DNA of 63,273 nt, filler included, from Reticulomyxa filosa (Eukaryota; Protista; Foraminifera): NCBI GenBank assembly GCA_000512085.1. It is 19 parts of 19 records of this genome, joined end to end, with 100 filler letters (N's around TTAATTAATTAA, not from the genome) between each part and the next. Parts side by side here need not be neighbours in the genome. Positions count along the whole stretch, not along the records: positions 1 to 21,601 come from ASPP01000076.1; 18 more parts are not named here. One strand, 5' to 3'. The translations under genes were made by a program, and so were the position numbers. The notes beneath the pieces were generated by a model. The model was not told the origin of the DNA and did no database searches. It was given only the letters and a program-made list of their open reading frames with translations. This document shows, one piece after another, positions 1 to 13,067 of this stretch (position 1 is its first letter; every line of letters begins with the position of its first letter).

Positions 1-863
1 GTGTCAACTTTCTTTTTTATCTTATTGTATTATTTTGATAAAGTATAAAGAAATTGTTGTATATCATACGCATTTATTTATACAATCTGCATTTTAATAA
101 TATATGTTATTTTCAATTTCTTCAATAACAAATATATTCTAACATTTTTTAAATTCAAGTAATATATTGCAGTTTAGCATTTGTCATTTTTTATATATCA
201 AGTGATGTCAGTTACTATAATATATTATTATGTAATATTGCTATTACATTCACAGTTGCTTTATATCGCTATGCATTTTTCAATCACTTCTTACTTTTAT
301 CTACTATATTTTATCAAAGTTCTGCAACTTTGCCAACTTGTCTATGCCAGTAACACATTATATACTAGTTATACTGGTTTTTTACAAAGTTTTTTTTTTC
401 ACCTTTTTTTATTTATTATTCAATCGATTATAGCCATCTTATGATAAACTGCTTGTTTTCATTTCAACTGATTTAATTTTTTAAATTTGTGTTATATTGT
501 TCCAATTTTAGTTTGTCCAAGTTGACTATTAAAATTTCTCCTATTATTTTTTTCAATATGTTCGCTCGAAAGTCAAATCGTTAACAGTGACTTGTCACGT
601 GAGAAGTTTGCTCAGAAAAAACAGTATGGAGTTTGAATTAAACGGATTCAGGTCAAAACAGATGGATATAAAAATTATCGTTTTTAAAGTATGTGCAAAC
701 ACAAGCATTTTAAGTCCAAAAAAACTAAATGAAATCCTTGAGGTTACCAAGCAATTCAGCAAGTGAACACAACAAGCCCATACAAGTTTTTTCAACATTC
801 AAAGAGTTAAGCAAAACTTGTCCGAAAAGGATGACACAGATAATTCAAAGTTACGAAAAATGG

Positions 864-1917
864 CTAACAAAAGTGCATAGTTTGCAATGTAAGTGATTTT
901 TTAAAATAATACTTACTCCTTTCGTACTTTTCTTGTGGATTTTTTTTCATGTCATTCATTTGGTTTTGGGGATTGTTTGTTTTTGACGTTTGTGCGTCAT
1001 CACTTTTGACAGCATTTACATTGGGAGCAACAGATTGCGGCTGATTCCAATACAATAAAAACTGGGCAAATATAATGCCATTGACAAAGACGGAAGAGCT
1101 CCAAATAGCTATGGGAATGAATTCGTTAACTTCTTGTATCGTCGTAAACAAACGACTGCAGGCTCCTGCGAATTGCATGCAACTCGTTAGAAATGCCAAT
1201 TGTCCAGTTGATTTCTGGGATATTGTATTTGAGATTAAAAAAAAAAGGGAAAGCGTCACTCCTACTTTTTGAATTTAAAAAAAAAAACACGTCATAAAAA
1301 TGCAAACACAAAACTGCAGAATAATTTTGCCAAATCTGAGGAATTTTAGACGACAGCACAAAGATCATTTGAGAAGAATACAAATAACTGACAATAGCAA
1401 ATGGAAATAATGGGCTTGTAACCATAAACGCACACAGCAAGAAACCCAAGAACAGACCAGCGAGGTGCAAGAAATCTAATTGATTTTGATATTGAAAAAT
1501 CAAATATAATAACACCATGTTTTGCATAAATACAACTGGTGTTTCTCCATAAGTTGAAATTGGATAGTTTTGTCGTGAAAAGTAAGCTCCGGTCACTGCC
1601 CAGTTAAATGTCTCGATTGCCAATGATGGCACTGACAAACCTTTTGCTGATTGCGCCGATATCACTTTTTGGATCTTTTTTATTATTTTTTATTTTGTTT
1701 AATCGTCTCTTTTTTTCACTCATTTGTCCTTTACTTATGTTTTTATAACTTGAGGTAGTTTTAATGCAAAGCCTCCAAGTGTTACTCCGTAACCCAAAAA
1801 CTTGCTAAGAAACTTTTTCAGACATCCTTCAGCCAAAAAGCCATTAATATCAAAAACACGAACATGTTCAAAACATTTTGGTGTAAAATAAAGCCAAACT
1901 AATTCCTCAGATGACAT
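864..1917 (-). CDS. MPDU1: Mannose-P-dolichol utilization defect 1 (PQ-loop) protein, 3 exons
   Basis: Spliced reading gives MSSEELVW..CLKKFLSKFLGYG..LKLPQ|IQKVISAQSAKGLS..YGE..SKIPQIWQNYSA|KSTGQLAFLT..SRLFTTIQE, with two PQ motifs. GT-AG introns at 1749-1675 and about 1313-1217. Confidence 0.9.
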
Positions 1918-2229
1918 TTTATATAGTCGGGTAGTTGTCTTTTTGGTAGTGTGTCTTTTTTTGTTGTTCACCCTGGCTGTTTTCTTGAGCCTGAGAAGCA
2001 AACAACCCAACTGACAAAATTTTCAAAGAAATTTAAAAGTGTTGTGTGTTGTGGAATGTAGTTCTACGATTCAAATGTGTCATGAGGTCTAAGATATTTC
2101 TAACACTAATGACAATTTTAACAAACCAATAAAATTTAATTTAAATATGCAAAATTAACAAACCCAAACTGGAGACAAAAAACTGTGCTAAAGACTCTGC
2201 ACGTTTAGAGAACCAAAAAAAAAGATTAG

Positions 2230-4187
2230 ATGGCAAGTAAACCTTTGAAAGCGAAAAAGAATGAATACAGCGCCTTACAAACAACGGATATAGAAGATTA
2301 TCCAGGTGGCGCAGTGACATTTTATAAAACTAAGAATTTACTAGAATCGTCTCGTGGCGCCTACTTATGTCGTTTTGCTTGTGCATTTGACGAATTAAGT
2401 GACGAACAAGTGAAAGAAAATTTGAAAGCGAGAAAGCAATTATGGACAGCAAGCATATTTTGTTTTATGTTCATGTGTGCAGAATTTATTGGAGGATATT
2501 TTGCACATAGTTTGGCGTTAATGAGTGATGCGTCACATTTGTTATCCGATCTGGGGAGTCTTATGGTTTCGATTTTTGCGTTGTGGTTAACATCCAAGCG
2601 AAGTAGTGATCGTTTATCGTTTGGATATCATCGAGCAGAAATATTAGGAGCATTGTTGTCTGCATTTGTCATTTGGGGATTGACCGTGTTTTTGGTTTAC
2701 AAAGCAGTTCTTTTCTTTTATTATTTATTGAATTTGATTTGTTTACGCAAAATTGTACCTTTTTTCACAAACATTTCCGACGGAAATACGCAATTTTTGT
2801 TTCCCTTTTCCTTTCGTTAGATAATGCGGATCATTTATCCCGAACACGTCCATGGAAAAATAATGTTCATAGTCGCTTGCGCAGGTATTTTGGTAAACAT
2901 GATCATGGGCAGTATCTTGCATCAAAGTGGGCACTCTCATTCGCATGGAGGACTAGGTTCTTCGGCTGGCAAGCACAGTCATGGTGGTGCTCATAGCCAC
3001 GAACACAAGGATGGACATAGTCATAGCCATAAGCACAAACACGATAAGGATTCAAGTTTTGCTTTGAAGAGGTGTATCAAGAGGAGTACAATCCGATATT
3101 TGTTTTGATCACTTATCCAAACAAAAAAGCTTGTTTTGTATTAACTTGTAGACAATAGCAACAAAGAAACTCCACATGTACACAAAAAGTCGCCACACTC
3201 TCACCAGGAACACGACAACGAAAAAAGCTCAGAAAACAAAGCCGACCACAATGCCACAAAGAATATTAATGTACGCAGCGCATTCGTTCACGTCATCGGA
3301 GATTTAATTCAATCATTGGGCGTACTTACTGCTTCAGTGCTGATCTGGTTACTTATATATCACATATACAATGTGTATTCGGATTTATGAACGGATAAGT
3401 AAAAGCCTCTTTGATGAGTTTTTTTATCTGTACTTGTGTGTCCTGTATACAAACGTGTTGTAACGCCAGTTTATTCATTATTTTGTTCTGTGTCCTTGAT
3501 TGGTAGGTATGACCATGATCGATTTCGTATCGCCGATCCAATATGTACGCTTGCATTTAGTGTATTAGTAGTGTTCACCACAGTATATATGGTCCGCGAT
3601 GCATTTGATGTGCTAATGGAGTCAGTTCCCAGACACATTGATGTGAACAAAATTAGAAAACGCTTACTCAGTTTACCTGATGTGGCCGAGGTGCATGATT
3701 TACATGTTTGGATGTTGTCTTTGGGTAAACCTGCACTATCCGTTCATTTGATTGTGAAACAAGAGGAAACTTTTCATTGGCATTGTCATCTACTCCTGAA
3801 GACACCCGCAAGTTGGTTTGCTTGGATGGCATTTTGCGTAAAGCTCAACACGTGTGTTTGCAGGAATTCGGCATTGATCATTGCACCATTCAAATCGAAT
3901 GGCCACGAGAAGAGCACAAAACTGCACAAAAGTGTCCTGAATATTGCGTTTCACCAACGAATGAAGAACAGCTCAATCCAAAGCAACCACGTTCGAAACA
4001 TAATGGAAATGGCAAAGTTAAAAACAGGACAATGCAGACACAACAAGTATACTTGTCATTGACACAACAGAAAAAGCATCCACTGAAGCCCATGCTTCAC
4101 ACAGCCCTAAGCATACTACCAATAAAGAAAGCGAACATGAAAATGCCTCTGAAGAGTGAACGCAGATCAACATATTTTTATTTATAA
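2230..4187 (+). CDS. Cation diffusion facilitator / ZnT2-like zinc transporter with His-rich loop (3 introns, one frame break near 3768)
   Basis: SLALMSDASHLLSD, SFGYHRAEILGAL, His-rich loop, NINVRSAFVHVIGD, ADPICT, VHDLHVW, HCTIQIE. Introns 2707-2820, 3056-3151, 3348-3506. Confidence 0.92.
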
Positions 4188-4623
4188 CGGTTTAATAAAA
4201 AATGGACACATGATTTAAACCAAAACAAAAAAAATCATTTTTTGCAGCATTGGCCGTGCAAGGAGGACTTCTTTCTTCATTTGATTGGTGTCACATATGA
4301 TCAATTTGTTTTGGGTTGAAAGTGTTTTTTTCATATTGTTTTTATTATTATTATTTTACTTTTTTTTTTGGTGGTGTATGGTTTGCAAAAGCGATACACC
4401 CAAACTCGATTCATTGACTTTCACATCCCTTTCTATGAGACAAATCTCAACCTATTTTTAAATTTGAATCTTAAAAAAGGAATAAATCCAAATGAAAATG
4501 AGTAGACAAGTGAGAATGAAAGTTGATTATTTAATTGTGATGACACAGGATAGCAATTTTTCAAATTTCCTTATTCAATTAAAAGTTGTACAAAATTTTT
4601 ACAAAATAAACTTTAAAACCGCC

Positions 4624-6495
4624 ATGTTCAACGAAATTAAATCGAAAGATCATGTATATGATGTGATTATAATTGGTAGTGGTATATCGGGTTTAAGTGC
4701 AGGATTGTGGTTTAAAGATTGTGGGGTAAAAAACATTGTCGTGTTAGAGGCAAGAGACCGAGTGGGAGGGCGTTTATGTACAGAAAAAGTGGCATTGGAA
4801 AAAAAAAAGGGAGAAGAAGATAAAAAGGAAAGAGAAGACAAAAGCGGTTCGAACAAAGGGAAATGGATCAATGAGACATATGTAGATGCTGGAGGAGCGT
4901 ATGTGGGCCCAACCCAAACGAGGTTGTTGCGCATGGCAAAAAGGTACAATATTAAAACATACAAAATCAACACAAAAGGAAACTCTTTGTATTATCGAAA
5001 TGGGAAATCTCACTCTTATACTGGAACGATACCTTACAATGCAGGGATATTCACATTGTTAGATATCAATCATTTGTTGAACACCACCGATGCATTAGCA
5101 AACAAAATAAATGATAACATGAAACATAAAGACAAGACAAACTATGATGAGATTACGGTGAAACAATGGATGGAAGCAAACTCCATCTCCAAAGACGCAC
5201 AAAATATGTACAGCACTGCTCTTCGAACTGTTTTGTGCGTCGAGCCGAGTGAGGTATCCATGCTCTCGTGGCTTGCTTTTGTCAAATCTTCTCAAGGAAT
5301 GCTTCGCATGATTGAGACCGATAATGGTGCGCAAGAGCGTAAATTCATTGGAGGAACACAAAACATTTGTCAACAAATGAAATTCGAATTGGACACGATT
5401 CATCAGGTCTCTGAAAAAAAACGCCCGAAGATGTGGTTAAATTAGACCAAGTCGTTGCCAAGATTGATCACTCGGATGCACAAAAAGTTGCTATCACCTG
5501 TCGCAATGGAAACGTATACCATAGCAAGTATGTTATTGTTGCCATTTCACCAACGCTTTATAGTTTTGATTTTTTTTTATTAGTCATCAAGTTTGTGTGT
5601 ATCTTTTGTGTATACGACGAGGTCTATATACATACATAAATTATAAAGCTACAATTCAATGGGAACCTCAACTACATTGGAAACGTCACTGTCTGTCACA
5701 ACACATGCCAATGGGGTGTATCATCAAGACTTGTACATTTTACGAAGAAGCGTGGTGGAAAACAGATGGCAACAGTGGCTTTATGAGTGATTTGGATCGA
5801 TCCGGCCCAGTAATTGTCACATTTGATGATTGCAAACCCGATGGAACTTGTCCAGCTTTGATGGGTTTCATACTGGCCAATGAAAGCAGAAAATACGCAG
5901 ATATGACCTACGAAGAACGAAAAGACGCTGTTTGCAGACAGTATGCGGACATTTTTCAAAATAAAAAAGCACTTGAGCCTGTTGCATATCATGAAAAACC
6001 TTGGAATAAAGAAGAATTTAGTCGTGGCTGTTACTTTAGTGTTCCAACCCCAGGTCTTTTTACTTTTTGCTTCTAGGAACATGTATCCAAAAGATACAAT
6101 CTTGTTGGCAACTAACACAACCAACAATACTGTCAGGAACAATGTCTGCATTTGGTGATATTTTGAGAGCCTGCGAAGGAACACGCATTCATTTCGCAGG
6201 AACTGAAGTTGCGACAAAGTGGCTTGGGTACATGGATGGAGCCATTCAAGCTGGTGAGAAAGCTGCACACGACATTTGCAAGAAATTGTCGTCAGAAGGA
6301 GTCAAACTTAGTGAAAAAAAATTTACTGAGGATGAAGAAGAAGATCCAATGGAAGAGGTTCTCGCGAAACCATTCAAACAATCGGTTGTCGAGCTATATT
6401 TGCCAAATGCTAAGCAACTTTTTCGATTGCTACTTGCTTTTGCTATTGTCTTTGTTGTGATTATATTCAGAAAACTCAAAAAAGCTTACAACTGA
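4624..6495 (+). CDS. Flavin-containing monoamine oxidase (MAO-A/B-like) with C-terminal membrane anchor (2 introns, frame break at A-run 5414-5421)
   Basis: GSGISGL FAD motif, LEARDRVGGR, GGAYVGPTQ, NGAQERKF, SRGCY, IHFAGTE..GYMDGA, hydrophobic tail. Introns 5563-5648 and 6054-6136. Confidence 0.92.
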
Positions 6496-7035
6496 ATGCT
6501 TTCAATACAAATATTTCCATTTAGTTTTGCTCTTTGTTTGTTATTAAATATCCGTTTAATCCAACAAATGTTAGGTTTGAATTAAATCTTTACATCTGAT
6601 TACCAATATGAAAAAAACACAAGTCTTACACTGTTGCAATTTTCTTGTGAGAACAACTTTGTTTAATCTTGTCCAAATACAAATACACAAGATCGAAGTG
6701 CAAAAATGAACACTATTGTATTTGTAAGTTAAAAAACGAACAAGATATTATATACAAAAATGAGTTTGTGGAAAAAATGATAGGTTAAGTTTCAAAGGAA
6801 AAAGAAAATGAAGAAACAAATAATTGGCTCAGTTTTCTGGACAACAAAAAAAAAGATGTACACACCCAAAAAAGTATTAAAAATCTTATCGTGCAGACGA
6901 TAGTCCAGTGGTCAAAAGAAATCTGAAACAACACATGATAACATAGAACAAGTTTATCCACACGTTGCTTGTGATAAGTTTTGAAAACTGACTACATTTT
7001 TGTTTTTTGTCCAAGTAATTTGATGTACTGCCTAT

Positions 7036-8493
7036 TTAAGAAAATAAACAAAGCGGTACAATTTGTTGGGAAATGAGACAAGTGAAGCATATAAAAACCT
7101 GGATGTTTCCAAGGCAATGTTTAATTGTTGAATGGTAGCAATTTTTTTGCTGTTTTAGTGACTGTGCTTGAAGAATGGTGTTATTCAGAAGCACTTTAGC
7201 GTCTTTGAGTTCTTTTTGCAAAAGTGGTAATTTTTGGTCAATTTGTTGTTGCAAATGATGCTCAAAATTCTCATTAAATTCCTTGCGTAATTGTATGGCA
7301 AGCTTTTCCATTTCTTGATTATGTTTTTCTTCGCTATTGTCTAACAAACCTTTCCACTTTTGTGCCTCTATTTTCCATTTGTCGATCTCAAGTTCTGCTT
7401 GTGCTGTTGCATGTTCTATTGTTAGTAAGTCATTTGTCATTGCTTCCTCGTAAGAAAGTAATTCCTCAGTAGCTTTATTCTTATTATTGGCAACGGGACC
7501 ACTTCTTACTTTTGTGCACGTGCGCGCATATTCGCACGCAAAGGAGAGCGAAGTACGTGCATATATTTATTTACGGTTTGTTTGTGTTGACACATTGATC
7601 CATTTACAAAAAAGACACTTTTCAAAAGAGAAAGGAAATGAAGAGTGGTGTTGGTTACCATTGGACAAGTTTTCATCATCGAAAAGGTTTGGTATTTGGG
7701 TATTTGGCACTTGATTGGCTTCATCACCCAATAAAGATCGTAAATTGCCTACTTCTTGTTGAAATAGCCGAATCGCACTCAAAGACTGTTTTTTCACATG
7801 TTTTATCAATTCTATTTTTGGCACAAACACACAATATATATATGTATACATATATGCACATATAAACATAAAGCTACACTAATGGTGATCCCTCTCTTTT
7901 TCCCTTTTCTTGTAACAGACCAGAGTTATTGGCAGGTGGGGCAAGCCTAGCAACATTGAATTCAGAATCTTCTGAGATCGGGTTGTTATGATTTTCCATT
8001 TGTTGATTATTGTCATTGTTGTCACTGTTGTTCTCAATAGAATCGTCGTTTGGGTTATCACTTTTTGAATTGTAGCTGTTTTTTTGTATTATCAACTTTT
8101 TCATGGCTTCTGTTTCCAACTTCCATTTCTCTGCCAATGCCACTGATGGCCGATTCTGTGCATCCAGCGATGCATTGGCTTTTATTTCATCTGTCAAACT
8201 CCATTGCAATTCACTCAGCTTTTCTCGCAGTTTTTCGTTCTCGTTTTCTAATCTGTCAAAATACTCGCCACCTTCTCCTCCCCCACCTGCTTCTTTTTGT
8301 TTTATGTATGCACAATGGGTGTATATGTTTATTTGCTTTTTTTTTTTGCTCAGTGGAGCTCGCCTGCGATCATATGCTCGTCAGCATCTTGCTCAATATC
8401 TGATTGAACAGGAAGAGCGTCTTCTTGCACTTTATAGTCATTATAATCGGCATTCCCAGATATGTCTTTTTCTTCGTCAGTGAAATCATCCAT
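7036..8493 (-). CDS. Hypothetical coiled-coil protein, multi-exon (3' end uncertain)
   Basis: ATG at 8493, acidic first exon, then E/K/Q/L-rich heptad-like ORF pieces at 8286-7874 and 7440-7036 separated by intron-like A/T tracts. Confidence 0.55.
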
Positions 8494-8815
8494 TTCTTAC
8501 CCCCTTTTTTTTAAGCTCCTTCTTTCGCCCTTTTTTTGTCCGAAGTTCGTAAAATTACAATTTTCGAATGTTTTTTTAAAATGGTTCATAGACAAAAATT
8601 TTAACCAAAGAAAATTGATGTTGGAAATTATCAACAAAATAGCATGATTCTTCAACATGTTTGCAAAAAAAGGTAAAATTCAACGTAAAGAATAAGAAAT
8701 TCAAGTATATCTATTTAAAAAGGAAGTATCAATCGAAATTAATGTATAGCAGAAAAAAAAGAGTGGAAACAAAGTTGAGATTCGGCATCAAAAAAGGAGG
8801 CCGCGTAAGTATTAT

Positions 8816-10129
8816 TTACTCCGGTGGAACGATTTGTATGTCGCAGTGTCCTTTTTTTAAACAAAAATGTAAAGCGGGATAATAAGAGATTGATTGACTG
8901 ATGCCATCAATCTTGCCCATGTGAGTATGATTGACAAAGAAATCGATGGTGCATTCTGCTTTATCGATGACAACAGAGATGACATCTCCACTCCCCCATC
9001 CTTTGGCATTTTTACGATGATTTTTGACTTTGTAATCATCCGACACATTGTAAGAACAAATATCGCCAGATTGAGATAAAAAGTAGGAGACTCCGACCCA
9101 TGGAGCAGTAATACTCCAGCAATACTTATTGTTGACGCAAGTGTTACGTGTGACGACTCCAATGTTTCGAATATGTCCATCACACTCCAAATTGCATTGC
9201 AATTGGAAGCACTCTTTTTTTTTTTGAAAGGAGGTCGATTTTTCTTGGCCAAGGAGTTTACCGTAGACGTATACTCCAGAGTTGCTCACGCACAAGCTGC
9301 TCCAGCAGCCAAATACGCCAGTGTATGTGCTCTGAATCCGTTGCGTTTTTTTCCCGTTTGTGGTGCAAATCTCACTCACCAAGATTTCTTTATGATGGCA
9401 AAAGTTATCAAATTGGAATAAAAACGTTGGCTTGGATAATTCGTTATTGTTATTGTTATCACAGTCGTTAGTTTGATTATTCTCGTTTGTAGTAATGACT
9501 ACACTTTGAGGATTTTGTTTCTCCGAAACTGGCATCTTTTCGTCCTGTTCGTATGCAATTTTGCCATGTCGCTTGATAAGATTCATCATGTCTTGATGAT
9601 TTTTGTTGTTCCATTTAAACTCCAATTCGCTCATGTCCATCCCTGGCTCTTGCAATGACTTGGTCATTTCTGCATTTTCTTTCATAAACTCCGTTTCTAT
9701 AGTTTGAGCCATCTTCTCTCGCAAATTTACCCCTTTTTCGTCTTGATAGTTTGGATTGTGAAGGAACTCATTTTGCAAGTTTATACTTTTCACAAGACCT
9801 TCTTCAAATTTGTTCAACTCTTCGCTTTGCCTTAATGTTATGCGGACTTCTTTCTTTAATTCTTCTTTTCTTGATTCCAATGCTTTTACCATCTCGTCAA
9901 AATGCGCGTCTATTGTGTTGCATACTTTTAATGCCTTTGCATCTATTCCTTCTCTTTGATTCTTTGTTTGCTCTCTTACTAATTTTGTTTGCTTTTGGAG
10001 TTCTAACAACCGACCCACCGATGCCTCTTCTTCTGCTGTTCGCGCTGAGCCTTCTGGCTCCTTTTGCCCTTCTGTTTCACCTGGCTCGGTCGTCATTATC
10101 ACTGTATCCTCTTCGTCTAGATAGGCCAT
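8816..10129 (-). CDS. Coiled-coil plus SPRY/B30.2-domain protein, intronless
   Basis: 437-aa ORF. N-terminal coil IDAHFDEMVKALESRKEELKKEV; C-terminal NIGVV..WGSGDVISVVID..TIDFFVN..YYPALH is typical of SPRY. Confidence 0.75.
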   Translation of the reverse strand: MAYLDEEDTVIMTTEPGETEGQKEPEGSARTAEEEASVGRLLELQKQTKLVREQTKNQREGIDAKALKVCNTIDAHFDEMVKALESRKEELKKEVRITLRQSEELNKFEEGLVKSINLQNEFLHNPNYQDEKGVNLREKMAQTIETEFMKENAEMTKSLQEPGMDMSELEFKWNNKNHQDMMNLIKRHGKIAYEQDEKMPVSEKQNPQSVVITTNENNQTNDCDNNNNNELSKPTFLFQFDNFCHHKEILVSEICTTNGKKTQRIQSTYTGVFGCWSSLCVSNSGVYVYGKLLGQEKSTSFQKKKECFQLQCNLECDGHIRNIGVVTRNTCVNNKYCWSITAPWVGVSYFLSQSGDICSYNVSDDYKVKNHRKNAKGWGSGDVISVVIDKAECTIDFFVNHTHMGKIDGISQSISYYPALHFCLKKGHCDIQIVPPE

Positions 10130-11048
10130 TAAAATAATTCCTTTTAAGCGTTATTCAAATTTTTTTTACAGAAAAGGAAGTACGCTTTGCCCTTTGTAGA
10201 AACTGAAGATTACGAGAAAATAACACAAATAATCCAATAATTTGTTGTAATAGGTCAAAAATGTTTGAAATTACATTGAAGAGTACTTGACTTGGACACT
10301 TACTTTATTTTGCAAAAAACTTATTTATTTTTTTGGGATTCGACAAATTGAAGCAAAAATATTTTTTGAAAGCTTTGGTTTTTTAGAAATGTTTGCTTAA
10401 TCAGTTTTTTTGCAAATTACTATACGTCCACGATAGGATCAGACGAACAGTATATAGTTTTTGATTTTTCTGTCAGCATAATTCGAATTCATGTCAATGT
10501 AAACAACTTTGTGCAAAAGCTGTACAAGTATATTCATCTTTTAACATTGTGCTTTTTGAGTTTGAAGTTAAAAATAATATCTTTAATTTTAAACTGTATA
10601 TAGCAATCCGAAAAAATTTTAGGATTGCTTTGTCACAGTAACTGAAGATAGTCTGTCGTACTGCCATCTCAACGAGCTGAAATTACTTCTTTTTATGTTA
10701 TTGTAGGTCTAAGATAATAAATACAATAATTATTTTTAGAATTCTCTGCAATAAGGCTCTGTTGGAGGTGGATTGCCGTTTAATGGTAATTGTGTAGTAT
10801 CAAACTTAATTGTTGATTGTGATCATATACATCTGGGAATACCCTCAAAAAATGACTATATCACCCAAATGAAGGTCAACAAGAAAATTTTGAAACGTAC
10901 CCTTTTTTTAAATATTGCACATGATGATAAAAAATTGACTTTCCAAAGAGATCTGCTTCCTTTATTGGTGAGAGCAGGAGTTGGTTCGCAGCACAAACAA
11001 TGAAAGAAGGAAATTGAAATTATAAAAAAATATTTTTGGTCGTTTACA

Positions 11049-12146
11049 CTACTGACAAAGACATTTTCTTTTCTTTTTTGTTTCAGTTACTTCGACCTTA
11101 TTCAATTGCATTTTTTCTGTCATGCCAATGCTTGGATCATTTTTACTCCTAATAATGCAAAGTAATTTGCACACAAACACAAAATTAGTCAACTTTTTTT
11201 GTTTCATTTAATTTCGTAACTTCTCGTTGACCAAATGTGTCATTGTAGTGAATACATCAGCAACTCTCGCGTCAACTTTGGCAGAAGTTTCAAGAAAAAC
11301 GACTCCTAATTTAGCGGCCAATTCTACCCCTTCCTGTCATCACAGCAAGCAATTAACCATGAATGTAAAGCAAAAGGGGTCATTAAAGATACATTTTCCC
11401 CCTCGGCTGTAAGTACATTTATTTTAAAAAAGGGAACAAAAATTTCGCAAAACTTGTGTTGTAACCGCCCTTTTCTCAACCAAATCGATCTTATTTCCGA
11501 CCAGTAATTTGGTAACATTTTTGGGTGCAAAATCACTTATTTGTCGCATCCATACTGAAACATGTTCAAATGAAGCACGGTTTGTCACATCATAGACTAT
11601 CACAATTCCATGAGCTCCACGATAATAAGAGGACGTAATCGTGGAAAATCTCTCTTGTTATCATTATTATTATTGTTACCATTATGCAAAAATTTTATTA
11701 CCAAAAAAAAAACATGCCTTGTCCTGCGGTATCCCATATTTGCAGTTTCACAACAAATCCATCTAATACCAACATTCACAAACAATTAGAATAAAAAGAA
11801 GAGAAAAAAAAGTTGTTTGCAGTGTTTAAGATTGAAAAGCGAACTCTATTTGAAATAAAAGATAGAAAAAAGGTACCCATATTAATTGTTTTGATTTTAA
11901 AATCGACACCTATAGTCGCTAATTCCTCTTCGCGAAACGTGTCATCACTAAATCGCAACACTATTTTATATACGAGCCGAAAAAAGAAGATTAACAAAAA
12001 ACTCTTCAAATCTCTGTCTTTGTTCCTTGATTTACTTCTCCAGAAATGCGACAGAGGCAAAAAAAGACAAAAAACGAACATATGCAGGATTTTCCAACAC
12101 CACTATTGCCAACAAGGACAAATTTAAATAATTTGTCGTATTCCAT
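11049..12146 (-). CDS. Rab GTPase (Rab1-like), 6 exons
   Basis: Spliced: [36 protein letters not shown]|[29 protein letters not shown]-terminal CLCQ prenylation signal. Confidence 0.92.
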
Positions 12147-13067
12147 CCTTTTGACTTTCTAACACAGTCAACAACACGGTACAAACAAATTGGTCAACAG
12201 TTATTTAAATTTTTGTTCGATTTGGATTTGTATTTTGAATAACGAGTAATATTTATATATATACTCCAGTTTTTCCCAGCATGCATTCAACTCCTTTTTT
12301 TCTTTTAGTCCCCGTGGCTAAATAATTCCCTTACTTGTTGTTTTAAATTATTTCACTGTACAACCTCAGATCAACTAACTAAATCATTTCCAAGTTATGG
12401 TGATTTTTATGATAATCTTAATTTAAAAATATAAAGAAAATGGACATTCGCTTCATTTGTATAAAACAGAAAACTCAGATTGGACCAATAAGTTCCATCA
12501 ATCATTTTCTGGATTTGCAAACACATTTTCGATATGGTACCATAGAAAAACTTTTGTTAAACCTCAGTTACAAAATAAAACTAGTTCTCTGGTTAAAATA
12601 ATGTAACCCTTTTTTGCTCAATTAACTAATATGGTAATCAAGGTCATTTATAAATATTTCATCTTTATCGTTCTAAATTTTAGATATCCGAATTAAAAAT
12701 TGCAAAAATAAAAATTAACACATTTTTGTGAAAATTTTGATTGAGAATAAATTAAAAGTGATATTGTATTGCAATGATTTTTCTCGATAGTTTGTAAGTT
12801 CGATTTTAAGGTCACTGAGCGCACCCAAAACTCAGAGTTTTTATTTGTGCGTTAAGTTCATTGAATAACCAATTTCAAAAAAACAAATGAAAGTGAAACA
12901 CAATCATATTAATTTTCTTTATAGAAATGGCAATTAAAGGTGGCAAATAAATTCTACTTTCCACGCAACATCGCTTTCTATTTTTTACCACATTCAAAAG
13001 AATAAAAAACACTTTAAGACGAGTTATTGGCATGTAGAATATATCACTTACCCTCAGTGGATGTTGT

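Noticed and set aside
181-798. Short hydrophobic ORFs in AT-rich DNA (also 41894-42133, 55384-55669, 60988-61191)
   Set aside because: Composition-driven, with no motifs; likely intergenic.
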